Under the pieces are notes generated by a model. That model was not told the origin of the DNA. It saw only the letters and a program-made list of their open reading frames with translations, and made no database searches. DNA of 64,000 bases from an uncultured bacterium (GTDB lineage Bacteria; Babelota; Babeliae; Babelales; Vermiphilaceae): contig OY970172.1 of assembly GCA_963707655.1 (NCBI GenBank), forward strand, positions 384,001 to 448,000, read 5' to 3'. Position numbers and translations under genes: made by a program. Positions 1-10,706 of this stretch are shown here, piece by piece; position 1 is the first letter of the stretch; each line of letters starts with the position of its first letter.

Positions 1-81
1 GGTAGCAAAAAGCAGATACAGAATCACAATGAGCCAGAGTTGCATCATCTTCACATCACATTCGTTTTAATATTCGGTATA

Positions 82-906
82 TCACTCATGAGAACTTGAT
101 ACAACCAATTCATTATCAACAACATGCACCCGCTTAATGTCGATCGCTTTGCCCGTTGCCGTGTCAACATCAATATAGACGCCAGAAATAACTCCTGGCC
201 CCTCTGTTTCAACTTCAAAGCGTGTAGGCATTTGCGTTAAAAAATGCTGAATAATAGGCCCTTTTTTCATGCCAAGCATGCCATTAAGCGCGCCTACCAT
301 GCCCAAATCGGTAACAAATGCCGTTCCTCCGGGCAACACTCGCTCGTCTGCGGTGGGCACATGAGTATGAGTGCCAACCACGCCAGATACTTTCCCATCA
401 AGAAAGTGAGCTAGGCCAATTTTTTCTGAGGTAGCTTCAGCATGCATATCTACAAAAACAAGAGGAGTCTGGTGCTTAAGGTAGGTCAGAATAGATTCAA
501 CGGTTCTAAAAGGACAATCAACATGCTCGCGCATAAATACACGGCCAAGAACGTTAATCACCGCTACGCGTTCACCTTTACAGCTGAAAATAGTTACGCC
601 AACTCCCGGTGTTTCACTGGGAAAATTAGCTGGTCGCAATAAATCTTTATTTTCAGCCAAATAGGAATAAATATCCCGCTGTGCCCAGATATGATTACCG
701 GAAGTTACCACGTCGGCACCACATTTTTTTAAGAATTTCATATCTTTAGCAGTAATGCCTCTACCGGACGGCGCACAGTTTTCTCCGTTTACTATCACGG
801 CATCAATCGCATATTTATCTTTGATCTGCTGAATATGTTTTTGGAACATAGCCAAGCCGGTGGCACCAACTACGTCACCAATTAATAATACGCGTAAACG
901 ATTCAT
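82..906 (-). CDS. ymdB: YmdB-family metallophosphoesterase (TIGR00282-like)
   Basis: Motifs IGDVVG, VNGEN, TSGNH, DMHAEATSEK, GTHTHV, TDLGM; canonical position downstream of rny. Confidence 0.95.
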   Translation of the reverse strand: MNRLRVLLIGDVVGATGLAMFQKHIQQIKDKYAIDAVIVNGENCAPSGRGITAKDMKFLKKCGADVVTSGNHIWAQRDIYSYLAENKDLLRPANFPSETPGVGVTIFSCKGERVAVINVLGRVFMREHVDCPFRTVESILTYLKHQTPLVFVDMHAEATSEKIGLAHFLDGKVSGVVGTHTHVPTADERVLPGGTAFVTDLGMVGALNGMLGMKKGPIIQHFLTQMPTRFEVETEGPGVISGVYIDVDTATGKAIDIKRVHVVDNELVVSSSHE

Positions 907-909
907 TGG

Positions 910-2469
910 TTACCTTGCATATTCGATTGCCCGTTTTTCTCTAATAACATTGATTTTGATCTGGCCAGGAAAATTCATTTCTTTTTCTACTTTTTCTGCG
1001 ATTGAGCGCGCCAACATTGCTGCTTTATCATCATCCAAGCGGTCTTCTTCAACAATAATACGCACTTCTCTGCCGGCCTGCAAAGCATACGCCTTTTTAA
1101 TGCCTTCAAAAGAGTAGGCTATATCTTCTAATTGTTCCAAGCGCTTAACATACGCAGTCAACGTTTCTCGGCGAGCGCCCGGACGGGAGGCAGAAATAGT
1201 ATCTGCTATCACGACCAAAATTGCATACATAGAATTAAAAGGAACTTCTTCATGGTGAGCTGCAATAGCATTAACAATAATAGGGTCTTCGCCACAGCGC
1301 TTTGCAATGTCGCCACCAATCTTGGCGTGCGGGCCTTCAACCTCCGCAGTTACCGCTTTTCCTATATCATGAAATAGTCCTGCACGCATCGCAATGTTTC
1401 CATCGAGCCCAAGCTCTTGTGCTATCATGCGAGCGAAGATGCCGACTTCTTTTGAGTGTATCAATACATTTTGAGAAAAACTTGTTCTAAAATGTAATTT
1501 GCCGAGCAACGTAACAATCTCGGGATGAACCCCTTGTAAATTGCATTCTAAAATAGCAGCTTTGCCATATTCCTCTATTACTTCTTCGATCTCTTTTTCT
1601 GCCTGAAGCACTGTTTCTTCAATGCGAGTAGGATTGATACGACCATCAGTAATCAAACGCTCCAATGAACGTCGCGCAACTTCGCGGCGTATCGGATTAA
1701 ATCCTGAGATGGTAATAATTTCTGGCGTCTCGCCGATAACAAAATCCATACCGGTAGCCATTTCAAGCGCTTTAATGTTTCTTCCTTCTTTCCCGATGAT
1801 TCTCCCCTTCATTTCCTCATTGGGAAGATGAACAACGCTTGATGAATGAGCGGAAACCTGGTCAGCCGTATAGCGTTGCATAGCGCTCACCACAATCTGA
1901 ATAGATTGTTCTTTAGCTACCTGCTTGCTTTCTTCTTCAACTTTTTGTATCCACTTCTGATTGCTCAATTGCACTTCATCATGCAACATATCAAAAAGTG
2001 ATTGTCTGGCGTCTTCACGCGTCATGCTACTTACACGCTCAAGTTTTGAGACGAGATCATTATAAAGATTTTTTAATTTTATTTCATTAGCGCGCAGAAC
2101 ATCCTCGGTGCGAGAGATAACGCGCTCTTTTTGTTGCAACTCACGCTTGGTAGCATCTAAATCTTGCTCTTTTTTATCAATTGCTTCGTACTTATCACTT
2201 AATTTGCTCTGCAAGCGGTCAAGATCTGCACGCTCACGTTTAATTTCAATATCAAATTCAGTGCGTCTTTTATACAACTCATCTTTTACTTTTAAGAGTG
2301 CTTCTCTACGCTCAGTTTCGATTTCATTCTTGCTGCTTTGCATTTTTTCTTGGGATTCTTTGAGCACTCGATGCGCATCAACAATTTTTTTCCGTGCAAA
2401 GAGGAGCAAGAGAACGGTGATTGCTATCCCGCCAGCTGCGGCCATCAGTGAAATTATTGTAATATCCAT
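910..2469 (-). CDS. rny: Ribonuclease Y
   Basis: N-terminal TM, coiled coil, KH domain (MKGRIIGKEGRNI), HD domain (HDIGK), C-terminal VIREKRAIEYAR. Confidence 0.97.
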   Translation of the reverse strand: MDITIISLMAAAGGIAITVLLLLFARKKIVDAHRVLKESQEKMQSSKNEIETERREALLKVKDELYKRRTEFDIEIKRERADLDRLQSKLSDKYEAIDKKEQDLDATKRELQQKERVISRTEDVLRANEIKLKNLYNDLVSKLERVSSMTREDARQSLFDMLHDEVQLSNQKWIQKVEEESKQVAKEQSIQIVVSAMQRYTADQVSAHSSSVVHLPNEEMKGRIIGKEGRNIKALEMATGMDFVIGETPEIITISGFNPIRREVARRSLERLITDGRINPTRIEETVLQAEKEIEEVIEEYGKAAILECNLQGVHPEIVTLLGKLHFRTSFSQNVLIHSKEVGIFARMIAQELGLDGNIAMRAGLFHDIGKAVTAEVEGPHAKIGGDIAKRCGEDPIIVNAIAAHHEEVPFNSMYAILVVIADTISASRPGARRETLTAYVKRLEQLEDIAYSFEGIKKAYALQAGREVRIIVEEDRLDDDKAAMLARSIAEKVEKEMNFPGQIKINVIREKRAIEYAR

Positions 2470-2569
2470 TATTAAATTCCTACATATTCAAAAATAAATC
2501 TTAATGTGTCAAATCAACACTTCCATTATAACGACAAAATAAAATGATTTATAGGAGCGAGATGTTCTA

Positions 2570-2692
2570 AAACAAAGACGAGCTAGAAGAAATACCGGAA
2601 ATTCATTGATTAAAAGCAATTTTCACCGGGCAAACACCAAATTATTTGGCCATTTATCCGGTGAAAATTAGTAACTTTGACGCGATATACTG
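2570..2692 (-). ncRNA. Structured RNA between zapA and rny; possible 6S RNA remnant (boundaries uncertain)
   Basis: 12-bp perfect inverted repeat 2618-2629/2658-2669 closing an inner stem with G-U pairs on the minus strand; downstream of zapA is a common 6S RNA position. Confidence 0.3.
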
Positions 2693-2974
2693 TTATGAAT
2701 CTAAAGCAGACGCAATGCGCTTGGTTAATTCTTCACAATAATCAAAAGATTGCTTATTAATGGTTTGTTCATGAACCAATTTGCTTGCCAGCTGCAAGGC
2801 AACAAAAACCGCAATTTTTTGAGCCGGCACACGCATCATTTTTTGTGCGACATCGTTCATAGATGAATCGACCATATGAGCGACAAAAGCAACATGTTGC
2901 TCTGACTCGTCACTCATAAACGCGTATTGCTCACCAAAAATAGTGATTTTATAGTTTTTTGGCTGCGCATTCAT
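2693..2974 (-). CDS. zapA: Cell division protein ZapA
   Basis: ITIFGEQY...VAHMVDSSM...KIAVFVALQLA pattern, 93 aa, upstream of rny. Confidence 0.88.
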   Translation of the reverse strand: MNAQPKNYKITIFGEQYAFMSDESEQHVAFVAHMVDSSMNDVAQKMMRVPAQKIAVFVALQLASKLVHEQTINKQSFDYCEELTKRIASALDS

Positions 2975-3222
2975 TGGCCATCAACTTCAACTAAAGAATC
3001 AATGTTCTTTATCAAATCGTCGATAACCATTTTGGTTAACGCTTTTTCTTGATCGAGCGAATCCAATCGCTCCGTATCAAGCATCAATGCTTCTTCAAGT
3101 GCTTTGATTTTTAAATTAAGCTGCTCATTTTCAGCGCCTAACTTTGAACAGGCTTGATTGGCACTTTGCAGTCGTTCAATTAAAACCGCTATCTTTTCTT
3201 CTAAAACTTTAAAAGCATCCAT
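2971..3222 (-). CDS. zapB: ZapB-like coiled-coil protein
   Basis: All coiled-coil 83 aa (LEEKIAVLIERL), overlaps the zapA start by 4 nt. Confidence 0.7.
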   Translation of the reverse strand: MDAFKVLEEKIAVLIERLQSANQACSKLGAENEQLNLKIKALEEALMLDTERLDSLDQEKALTKMVIDDLIKNIDSLVEVDGQ

Positions 3223-3261
3223 ACTAAACTCCCTTTATGAGGAATGATCTATATTGAAAAT

Positions 3262-3291
3262 AGTTTAGTAAGATGCTTAAAAGCTTGTCAA
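3262..3291 (-). promoter_or_regulatory. Sigma70-type promoter for zapB-zapA
   Basis: TTGACA (3291-3286), 18-nt spacer, TAAACT (3267-3262) on the minus strand. Confidence 0.55.
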
Positions 3292-3301
3292 GATATCTGA
3301 T

Positions 3302-3649
3302 TTATTGCTTGGCAACTTGAACCAAACGAGTAAATGCTTGCGGCTCAAAAATAGCGAGCTGGCTCAACATTTTTCGATTCAATTCAACCTGAGCCTTTTT
3401 CAAACCAAAGATAAATTTGTTGTAAGAAAGACCGTTTTGCACTGAAGCAGCTTTGATACGAGCAATGAAAAGAGCGCGCATATCACGCTTTCTCAGTTTT
3501 CTTCCTTTAAAAGCGTATGCCATGGCACGCAATAAAGTTTCTTTAGCGCGTTTGAAAATATTCTTACGCTGTCCCCAATAACCCTTGGTAAGCTTCAATA
3601 ATTTTTTATGTCTTTTTTTGACCTGTAAACCGCGTTTAATTCTTGTCAT
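3302..3649 (-). CDS. rplT: 50S ribosomal protein L20
   Basis: MTRIKRG...KGYWG...RKRDMRALFIARI...LNRKMLSQLA. Confidence 0.98.
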   Translation of the reverse strand: MTRIKRGLQVKKRHKKLLKLTKGYWGQRKNIFKRAKETLLRAMAYAFKGRKLRKRDMRALFIARIKAASVQNGLSYNKFIFGLKKAQVELNRKMLSQLAIFEPQAFTRLVQVAKQ

Positions 3650-3694
3650 GAATTATATACCCCACTCATGCTATCATCGAAATAAATATACCAA

Positions 3695-3892
3695 TTAACC
3701 ATACGGCAAAAGTTTTTTAATTCTATTAAAATCTGATGCCCCCACATAGGAACCTTCACGCAATTGTCTTTTTCTTTTTGCTGATTTTTTAGTCAACAAA
3801 TGACGACGATTTGCTTTTGCTCGCTTAATTTTGCTTTTACCTACTACTTTAAATCTTTTTTTTGCTGCTGAACGTGTTTTTATTTTAACCAT
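3695..3892 (-). CDS. rpmI: 50S ribosomal protein L35
   Basis: KIKTRSAAKKRFK...HLLTKKS; infC-rpmI-rplT order. Confidence 0.97.
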   Translation of the reverse strand: MVKIKTRSAAKKRFKVVGKSKIKRAKANRRHLLTKKSAKRKRQLREGSYVGASDFNRIKKLLPYG

Positions 3893-3916
3893 TGTTTTCC
3901 CTAACGAGTATTTACC

Positions 3917-4495
3917 CTATTTAAGATAATAGATGCGCGACCACAATTGACCCAACTTCGCATCTTTCTCTTGAGCAAGGTCATCTTTCGAATATGAAGC
4001 CTCAAAGCTCTTGTTCACTTTGTCAAACATTTCGGCACCGCGCTCCTCTTTGGTCATCATCTCGCGACCTTTAAAGAAAAGAGTTACTTTTACTCGTTTT
4101 CCTTCTTGGAGGAATTGCAATGCCTGCTTTATTTTTGTTTGATAATCGTGCTCACCAATTTTTGGGCTTAATTTAATTTCTTTAACTTGAATAGTTTTTT
4201 GGTGCTTTTTTGACTCAGTCTGTTTCTTCTTTTTCTCGTACAAAACCTTGCCAAAATCCATAATTTTAACAACAGGAACGCCTTCGCGCCCTTCCTCAGA
4301 TATCATTACCAAGTCAAGGCCAGCGGCATCAGCCCTTTTTAAGGCATCAAAGCGAGAAACAATACCAACATTTTCTCCTTCATGAGTAATCAATTGCACT
4401 TGAGGCGCACGGATTTTCTCATTGACCAGAGCAGATGATTGTTGTTCTTTTTTAGTATTATTGTTATTAATTGGCGGTTTCAACGTTTTTTGCAT
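3917..4495 (-). CDS. infC: Translation initiation factor IF-3
   Basis: NEKIRAPQVQLI, GLDLV, PVVKIMDFGK, VKEIKLSPKIGEHDY; exact start codon uncertain. Confidence 0.96.
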   Translation of the reverse strand: MQKTLKPPINNNNTKKEQQSSALVNEKIRAPQVQLITHEGENVGIVSRFDALKRADAAGLDLVMISEEGREGVPVVKIMDFGKVLYEKKKKQTESKKHQKTIQVKEIKLSPKIGEHDYQTKIKQALQFLQEGKRVKVTLFFKGREMMTKEERGAEMFDKVNKSFEASYSKDDLAQEKDAKLGQLWSRIYYLK

Positions 4496-4506
4496 CCTTA
4501 TAAAAA

Positions 4507-5586
4507 TTATTCTTCGTTAACAAATTCCGCTTGCTCACCCACGGGCAAAATGACACTGTTTCGTGTTGCTATTGCTTCATGAACCTGAGTCCAAACAGAA
4601 TCAAAGAGCTTTTTATCATCTTTCAGTGCCTGAAGAGCCTGCTCGCGCCCCTGGGCGATCTTTGTATCGCGCAGAGAGAACCAAGAGCCGGACTGCTTCA
4701 CCACTTCATAATGAAGAGCGGCATCCAAAAGATCCAACTCTTTACTGATACCTTCATTAAACAGAAGGTCCAGTTCAACTTGTTTAAAGGGTGGCGCAAC
4801 CTTGTTTTTTACTACTTTCACGCGTACGCGGTTACCAATATGAAACTCATTTTTCTTAAGGCTCGCTACCTTACGCACATCAAGGCGCAGAGAGGCATAA
4901 AACTTTAATGCGTTTCCACCTGTTGTGGTTTCTTTATTGGCAAAAGGCATGGCCCCAATATTTTGTCTTATTTGATTGATGAAAATGAGTACTGTTTTTG
5001 ATTTATGGACAACCGGCGTCAATTTTCGCAATGCCTGCGACATCAACCGCGCTTGTAGCCCCATATGTGAATCACCCATCTCACCCTCAAGCTCCGCTTT
5101 GGGAACCAGGGCCGCAACAGAATCGATCACAATAATATCAACCGCTCCGGAGCGCACCAACATTTCTGCAATATCAAGTGCCTGTTCCCCATAATCGGGC
5201 TGAGAAATAATGAGATCTTCTGTATTAATACCCAATTTGGTCGCATATGCGGGATCCATGGCATGCTCTGCATCTATAAATGCGCAGATACCGCCCCGCT
5301 TTTGAGCCTGGGCAATCGCATGCATAGCCAAAGTTGTTTTTCCTGAAGATTCAGGTCCATAAATTTCGATAATTCTACCAACGGGGAGTCCACCTATACC
5401 GATAGCCTGATCAATAAGAATAGACCCGGTACTGAGTGCCTCGATTTTTGAAGCGTGCGCTTGGCCAAGCATCATTACAGCGCCATTGCCATACTGCTTG
5501 TCGATCTGAGAGAACGTTACTTCAAGAGCTTTTCTTTTGAACTCTTGGTCACGTTCAACAATGCCCGTGTTGTTTTTTGTTTTCAT
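4507..5586 (-). CDS. recA: Recombinase A
   Basis: GPESSGKTT Walker [35 protein letters not shown]. Confidence 0.99.
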   Translation of the reverse strand: MKTKNNTGIVERDQEFKRKALEVTFSQIDKQYGNGAVMMLGQAHASKIEALSTGSILIDQAIGIGGLPVGRIIEIYGPESSGKTTLAMHAIAQAQKRGGICAFIDAEHAMDPAYATKLGINTEDLIISQPDYGEQALDIAEMLVRSGAVDIIVIDSVAALVPKAELEGEMGDSHMGLQARLMSQALRKLTPVVHKSKTVLIFINQIRQNIGAMPFANKETTTGGNALKFYASLRLDVRKVASLKKNEFHIGNRVRVKVVKNKVAPPFKQVELDLLFNEGISKELDLLDAALHYEVVKQSGSWFSLRDTKIAQGREQALQALKDDKKLFDSVWTQVHEAIATRNSVILPVGEQAEFVNEE

Positions 5587-5602
5587 TTTGAATTTCTTTT
5601 CT

Positions 5603-7543
5603 TCAGCTATTCATCATGGATTTGTTTTGTTTTATTGTAGCAGATCTATATAAAGAAGCAACAAATCCCCCAAAAACAAGCTGTTCTTCCTGACCTTGTA
5701 TCTGTTGTTTTATCTGAGTTTTTTGCTCTTCGAACTCTTTTTTATTAAATGGCTCAATAGCATCAAGCTTAACAATATAGCCCTTGCCATCCCCTTTTGC
5801 AACTGTCACCATACCCACTTTTTCAAGTTGAAATATTCTTGCCGGGGTAATGCCACGTGCGGCCAATTTATCGATCGCCACCTTATCTCGCGGGGTGATA
5901 ATCTCAGTTTTTTCAACTTTGCCGCCGAATAATGCTGCAAATTCAGCTCCGGTTTTACCCTGGGCGTCACGCAGATATGAGCGCAACGCGGCATCAAACG
6001 CCTGCTCGGCTCGCTGTGCATAAAGGTCATTTTTGACCTTATTCTCGATGGATGCCAATGTTGGCGTATGCGCCTTCGCAACCTCAGTCAGCTGCACCAA
6101 TACTCCCAAATCACCTTCCATATCCACGGCGTAAGCGCCCGGAGCTATTCTGAACAAGCTCTTAATAAATGAACTCTGCGCGGCGCTCGTGTTGGTTACG
6201 ACAGTACGTTTGCCCTGTTTCTTTGTAATAAAATCAGCTATCGCTTGTGGATCTGTTTTACCTTCTTCGATAGCTTTGCGCGCATCAAGGGCAAAACGGC
6301 TATTAAACTGTTGTTGCGCCAAGCGGCTTTTAATTTCATTTTCAACGGCGGAAAGAGGCTTGTATGTCGCAGCTTTTTTCTCAACCAGCTGAAGGATTTC
6401 ATACCCGTCTTTTGTTCTTAGAATTGGTGACAAAGCACCTTTGGTTTGCAAAGCAAATGCTGCCTTTTCAAATTCACGGTCATGGCTGCCCTGTGCAAAA
6501 AGAGGCATTAAACCTCCTTGTGCTGCGGTTGCCTTATCATCAGAATTTGCCGTAGCAGCTGCGGCAAATGTTCCCGGTTCTTTAGCCAGCTGATCATGAA
6601 TTTTCTCTGCCTTTTCATGCGCCAGTGGGGTAGCGTTACCAATCAAAATTCTGCGCACTTGAACCTGCGCACCCTTATCTTTGTAATCATTTTTATGCGC
6701 ATTGTAATAATCACTCACTGCTTTGCTGTCGATGGTGATGCCGTAGTGCGCCGGGTCAAAGCGCCATACAAGGCCTGACCTTGTTTCCGGCACAAGGTAA
6801 CGTTTTTCCTGCGTATTTTTAGCATCAAAAAAAGCTTGTAATTCTTGAGCTGTTATTCCTCTTGCCACTTCTTTTTTTAGAAATTCATCAAGCGAAAGAG
6901 TAGCGATAGAAAATCGTTTACCCGAAAATTCAGTTGCTGCATAATCATGCAATACAAATTGCGGAACATAGGTTGTTTTTGTGATGACCGCATCAAGCAA
7001 TTTACGCTCCAATGCATGCACCACTCGATCATCAAATTCTGCCGCAGTAAGATTAATTTGGCGCAGGTAATGACGCAATGCTGCTGCGGAAATGCCCTGT
7101 TGATCGACAAGATGAGCGGGAATAATATCAGGCAGGTTCTGAATTATATACAAAGGATCGCTTAATTTTTCTGCAACATATTCAGCCGGCAAGCGCCACC
7201 CAATCTTTGCAACCACTTGATTTAATAATTCATCACGAACCGCATTATCAAGCGCCATTTGTTCTGGATTGTGATCCAATCCCATTAATTTGATATAAAA
7301 GTCAGCATATTCACCAAAACGTTGTCTGACCATCTGCAGCTGATAGTCTTGGGCAATAACGCGCCTGGTAATATCTTCGGGAGATATCATATACTTGTTA
7401 ACAGATGCTATCCACGGGCTACTTTGAAAAAAGAAATGCACCATTTGCGTTACAGAAAGCGGCAATACAAACATTGCCACTAAAATAAGAGCAATAATTT
7501 TTATTGCGCGACCATGCATTCTTTTTCTAATCTCGATAATCAT
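5603..7543 (-). CDS. ppiD: PpiD-like periplasmic chaperone / parvulin PPIase (SurA N-terminal domain)
   Basis: N-terminal anchor, SurA_N-like helical region, rotamase motif (VRRILI...[13 protein letters not shown]...FEKAAF...GYEIL). Confidence 0.82.
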   Translation of the reverse strand: MIIEIRKRMHGRAIKIIALILVAMFVLPLSVTQMVHFFFQSSPWIASVNKYMISPEDITRRVIAQDYQLQMVRQRFGEYADFYIKLMGLDHNPEQMALDNAVRDELLNQVVAKIGWRLPAEYVAEKLSDPLYIIQNLPDIIPAHLVDQQGISAAALRHYLRQINLTAAEFDDRVVHALERKLLDAVITKTTYVPQFVLHDYAATEFSGKRFSIATLSLDEFLKKEVARGITAQELQAFFDAKNTQEKRYLVPETRSGLVWRFDPAHYGITIDSKAVSDYYNAHKNDYKDKGAQVQVRRILIGNATPLAHEKAEKIHDQLAKEPGTFAAAATANSDDKATAAQGGLMPLFAQGSHDREFEKAAFALQTKGALSPILRTKDGYEILQLVEKKAATYKPLSAVENEIKSRLAQQQFNSRFALDARKAIEEGKTDPQAIADFITKKQGKRTVVTNTSAAQSSFIKSLFRIAPGAYAVDMEGDLGVLVQLTEVAKAHTPTLASIENKVKNDLYAQRAEQAFDAALRSYLRDAQGKTGAEFAALFGGKVEKTEIITPRDKVAIDKLAARGITPARIFQLEKVGMVTVAKGDGKGYIVKLDAIEPFNKKEFEEQKTQIKQQIQGQEEQLVFGGFVASLYRSATIKQNKSMMNS

Positions 7544-7567
7544 ATAACAATTCCTTCTTTCTTTGTG

Positions 7568-8203
7568 TTAACAGGTTACTATGCGAACATCTTGCAATTT
7601 TTCTTGTGAAGAAATACGCTGCACAAGAACATCTAAATCTTCTTTTTTATTATAACGGCCGCTGACGACTTGATACCAGTAGCGTATTTTGCCTTGAGCA
7701 CTTCTGCTTTGCCGCTTCTGAACGTCAAGCTCCACCCCTCTCGCCAACCATCGCTTCACAAATTGCTCAGCAGTTTTTGCAGAACCGCACCCCAATAGTT
7801 GTGCATAATAACATGCGCCAGATGGTTCTCCCACATTTTCATCTTTTAGCACTTCAGCCACCTGTGGTTGTGCTGATGCAATGCTTGCTTCATTTTTTTC
7901 TACAAGCGCGATTTGCTCGTTTGTCTCAGCCGCCTCTACTACGGAACTATCGCCGCTATTTTCTGTGAGTTCATCACCAACATCATATAAAGTACAGAGC
8001 GATGAATAAATTTGATCCGCCAATGAGTCTTGCTCCATCTTTGTTGCAAATTTTTCAACACCCTTTTTCTGGCCCAAAAAATAACCGGCCATAAAAACAA
8101 AAAAACTGCTTAAAATTACCACAGAGACGATCCAACCAAGATGCCTATTAGTAAAGAAAACACCTTTTTCATCATCATGATTTCTCTTGTTATGCAAAGT
8201 CAT
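7568..8203 (-). CDS. Membrane-anchored SPOR-domain protein
   Basis: Single TM (FFVFMAGYFLG), C-terminal YYAQLLG...WYQVVSGRY SPOR-like pattern; ATG 8203 preceded by GAGG. Confidence 0.7.
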   Translation of the reverse strand: MTLHNKRNHDDEKGVFFTNRHLGWIVSVVILSSFFVFMAGYFLGQKKGVEKFATKMEQDSLADQIYSSLCTLYDVGDELTENSGDSSVVEAAETNEQIALVEKNEASIASAQPQVAEVLKDENVGEPSGACYYAQLLGCGSAKTAEQFVKRWLARGVELDVQKRQSRSAQGKIRYWYQVVSGRYNKKEDLDVLVQRISSQEKLQDVRIVTC

Positions 8204-8225
8204 ACTATCCTCAAAAAATATCTTA

Positions 8226-9155
8226 TTATATCTGCGTGCACTCACGCACAAGTTGCTTAATATATAGTTCAAGATCGACGAAAGTCAAGTTAATTGTCTG
8301 AGTTGTTATGTTTGTTTTTTTGTTTTTGTCTTGATTGGCAGAAGATAATGAAGAGTTTAACATGCGCCAAAAACACAATTGTCGCTTTGCGTAGTGACGA
8401 CTTTTTGTTTTGATAGAAGCAAGAATATCTTCAAATTCTGCTGCGCCAGACAGGTAATCCAGCAAATCGTTATAGCCGATCAATTTTTTTTCATATAAAA
8501 ACCGCTCCCAATCGGTACCGCGCAATTTCTTTACTTCTTCCAACCATCCTTCATGCATCATTTTATCAACGCGGCTATTAATGCGTTCGTACAGCTCTTC
8601 TCGTTCGCGTGTTACACAAATAATTCGCACGCACGTCTCGAGTGGCATATATTCAGGTACCTGCTCAGATGGCTTTTTACCCGTCGTTTCCCAAATGTTT
8701 AATGCGCGTTCAACGCGATAGCGATCATGTATATGAATCTGCGCAGCTCTGTCGGGGTCAATCGCATGTAAATCACGCCACAACTGCTCATCTGTTTTAT
8801 CTGGCATCGCTCTATAAGGGGCTTGCGCGGTTCCGGGAACAAAAAAAAGTGATTTTAAATAGAATCCAGACCCGCCAACCAAAAGGGGAATTTTGCCTCT
8901 TCCTTTAATTTCAGCAATCAAACGCAGAACATCGGACCGATATTGAACAACGGTATAGTTAATGGGATCGTTCAAAATATCAAATAAATGATGGGGGGTA
9001 GCACTTGAGCGCCATTCAGGCTTTGCCGTTCCTATAGATAATGGGGTATAAAATGAACCCATATCCATATTGATTATTTCTACCGGCAATTGCGCTGCCA
9101 GCGCTAAAGAAAAATCTGTTTTTCCCGTTCCGGTGGGGCCAAAGATAATTATCAC
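8226..9155 (-). CDS. miaA: tRNA dimethylallyltransferase
   Basis: GPTGTGKT, IGTAKP, PHHLFD, VGGSGFY, YAKRQ. Confidence 0.96.
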   Translation of the reverse strand: MIIIFGPTGTGKTDFSLALAAQLPVEIINMDMGSFYTPLSIGTAKPEWRSSATPHHLFDILNDPINYTVVQYRSDVLRLIAEIKGRGKIPLLVGGSGFYLKSLFFVPGTAQAPYRAMPDKTDEQLWRDLHAIDPDRAAQIHIHDRYRVERALNIWETTGKKPSEQVPEYMPLETCVRIICVTREREELYERINSRVDKMMHEGWLEEVKKLRGTDWERFLYEKKLIGYNDLLDYLSGAAEFEDILASIKTKSRHYAKRQLCFWRMLNSSLSSANQDKNKKTNITTQTINLTFVDLELYIKQLVRECTQI

Positions 9156-9222
9156 AAAAGTGTCTATTTTTAAAATTTTTATTATGAGAATTTAACCTAT
9201 ACCATTAAGATACACCATAACA

Positions 9223-9269
9223 AATAAAAGTGATATGGGTAAAATACACGCACCCATATCACTTTTATT
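9223..9269 (-). terminator. Hairpin/intrinsic terminator after carD
   Basis: Perfect 18-bp inverted repeat aataaaagtgatatgggt / acccatatcacttttatt. Confidence 0.7.
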
Positions 9270-9270
9270 C

Positions 9271-9810
9271 TTATCTTAATTGAGAAGAGGCAGTTGTTTT
9301 GCTACTGTCATAGCATATCGACTGAAACAATGATCGTAACTGCTCGATCATCTTTTCTTCTCCAATTTTTTTCACGAGAGATATTTCTTGCGCCAACAAA
9401 AGCTCTGTTTGTTGTAGCAGAGATTTTTCACCAAACGAAAGCTCTTTATACGCTGACATATGACGCAAATCACGATAAATTTTACAAATATCTCGCAAAT
9501 TCCCCGTTCGCAATTTACCTTGATACTCTTTATTGCGCTTATTCCAATTACTTGGTATTGATTCCGAGTTCATCATGTGTAAAGGCTCTGAGAGCATCAT
9601 AAAAATATCATTAATGCTATCGAGCGAACTCAGTCTCCGTACGCCTACCGCCTCAAGGTTTTCGACCGGAACCAAAATAGTCATATCTTTATTGATAAAT
9701 TTAAGCTCAAAAAAACGTGTGGGCGATCCGGAAATAATTTTTTCAAAGATGCGACTTATTTTTGCAACGCCATGACCGGGATAAACGACTTTTTCATCAA
9801 GAACAAACAC
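9271..9810 (-). CDS. carD: CarD family RNA polymerase-binding regulator
   Basis: KVVYPGHGVAKI, NWNKR, RDL...KELSFGEK. Confidence 0.93.
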   Translation of the reverse strand: MFVLDEKVVYPGHGVAKISRIFEKIISGSPTRFFELKFINKDMTILVPVENLEAVGVRRLSSLDSINDIFMMLSEPLHMMNSESIPSNWNKRNKEYQGKLRTGNLRDICKIYRDLRHMSAYKELSFGEKSLLQQTELLLAQEISLVKKIGEEKMIEQLRSLFQSICYDSSKTTASSQLR

Positions 9811-9953
9811 AAGTTTTCCCTTTTCATTTAAAGGGGAAAAACCTTATGATGAAGATTGCTCTTATCCATGCCTTCTTAGCTTAACATAAAAAAACAACCT
9901 CTTAAACAACATCACTAAGCTGGATCAGGAGATTGTTTTGGCAATTTTTGCGC

Positions 9954-10628
9954 TTATTGTGCTATCTCAGATATAATTCTGTAATTGTGATGCTTAACAA
10001 GTGAAAGCACAAGGCCTGTCACAATAACAGGAGGAATCCACCAATTGGTAGTCATCCATTCCTCCCATGTTTGTTCTTCCTCGAGCCCATACTCGTCCAT
10101 AAGCTCAACAAGAGCTAGATATAGCTGATCCATAGATGCTAAAATATCTCCGATAGGAAGGGCTGATATTTTGAAGTACAATCTAAAAATATCTTGTAAA
10201 GAAACAGAAAGCTCAACCGGCTTTTCCGGTTTTTTCTTTTCCGACTGCTCAGACAAAGCCGCGAGAGCCAAAACACAGCCGTGAGATACGGCGCAAACAA
10301 CAGAAGAAAATTCTTGTAAAAATAAATCTCTTTCAATGGTGTCATAACAGGAATTAAATATCTTCCATGTCTCGATAACCGGATCTATGCAGGTATCCTG
10401 CTCCATTTTTTTCATACATAATTTAACCAACTCATGTGAGCAGCAATTGGCAGGAGTATCAATCTCATGATGTATGTTCGTGCGCTTTATCTGCCTGTTG
10501 ATAATATCAATGAGTCGTATATGTTGTTCAATACGAGCCTTGATATCGTGAGAATCAAGATGAGATGCCGCCTGCATGTGGTGATGTGTTACACAGAAAA
10601 GAGAGAATAAAAGTAAAATATATTTCAT
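9954..10628 (-). CDS. Hypothetical protein with signal peptide and C-terminal TM
   Basis: MKYILLLFSLF signal-like start, C-terminal WWIPPVIVTGLVLSLV; purine-rich RBS upstream. Confidence 0.75.
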   Translation of the reverse strand: MKYILLLFSLFCVTHHHMQAASHLDSHDIKARIEQHIRLIDIINRQIKRTNIHHEIDTPANCCSHELVKLCMKKMEQDTCIDPVIETWKIFNSCYDTIERDLFLQEFSSVVCAVSHGCVLALAALSEQSEKKKPEKPVELSVSLQDIFRLYFKISALPIGDILASMDQLYLALVELMDEYGLEEEQTWEEWMTTNWWIPPVIVTGLVLSLVKHHNYRIISEIAQ

Positions 10629-10706
10629 GAAAAAACTCCCCTCTTTGGATGATACCTGTTATCCTATATTCCATAAGATAATCTATTTGGAGAATAAAAA
10701 ACAATA

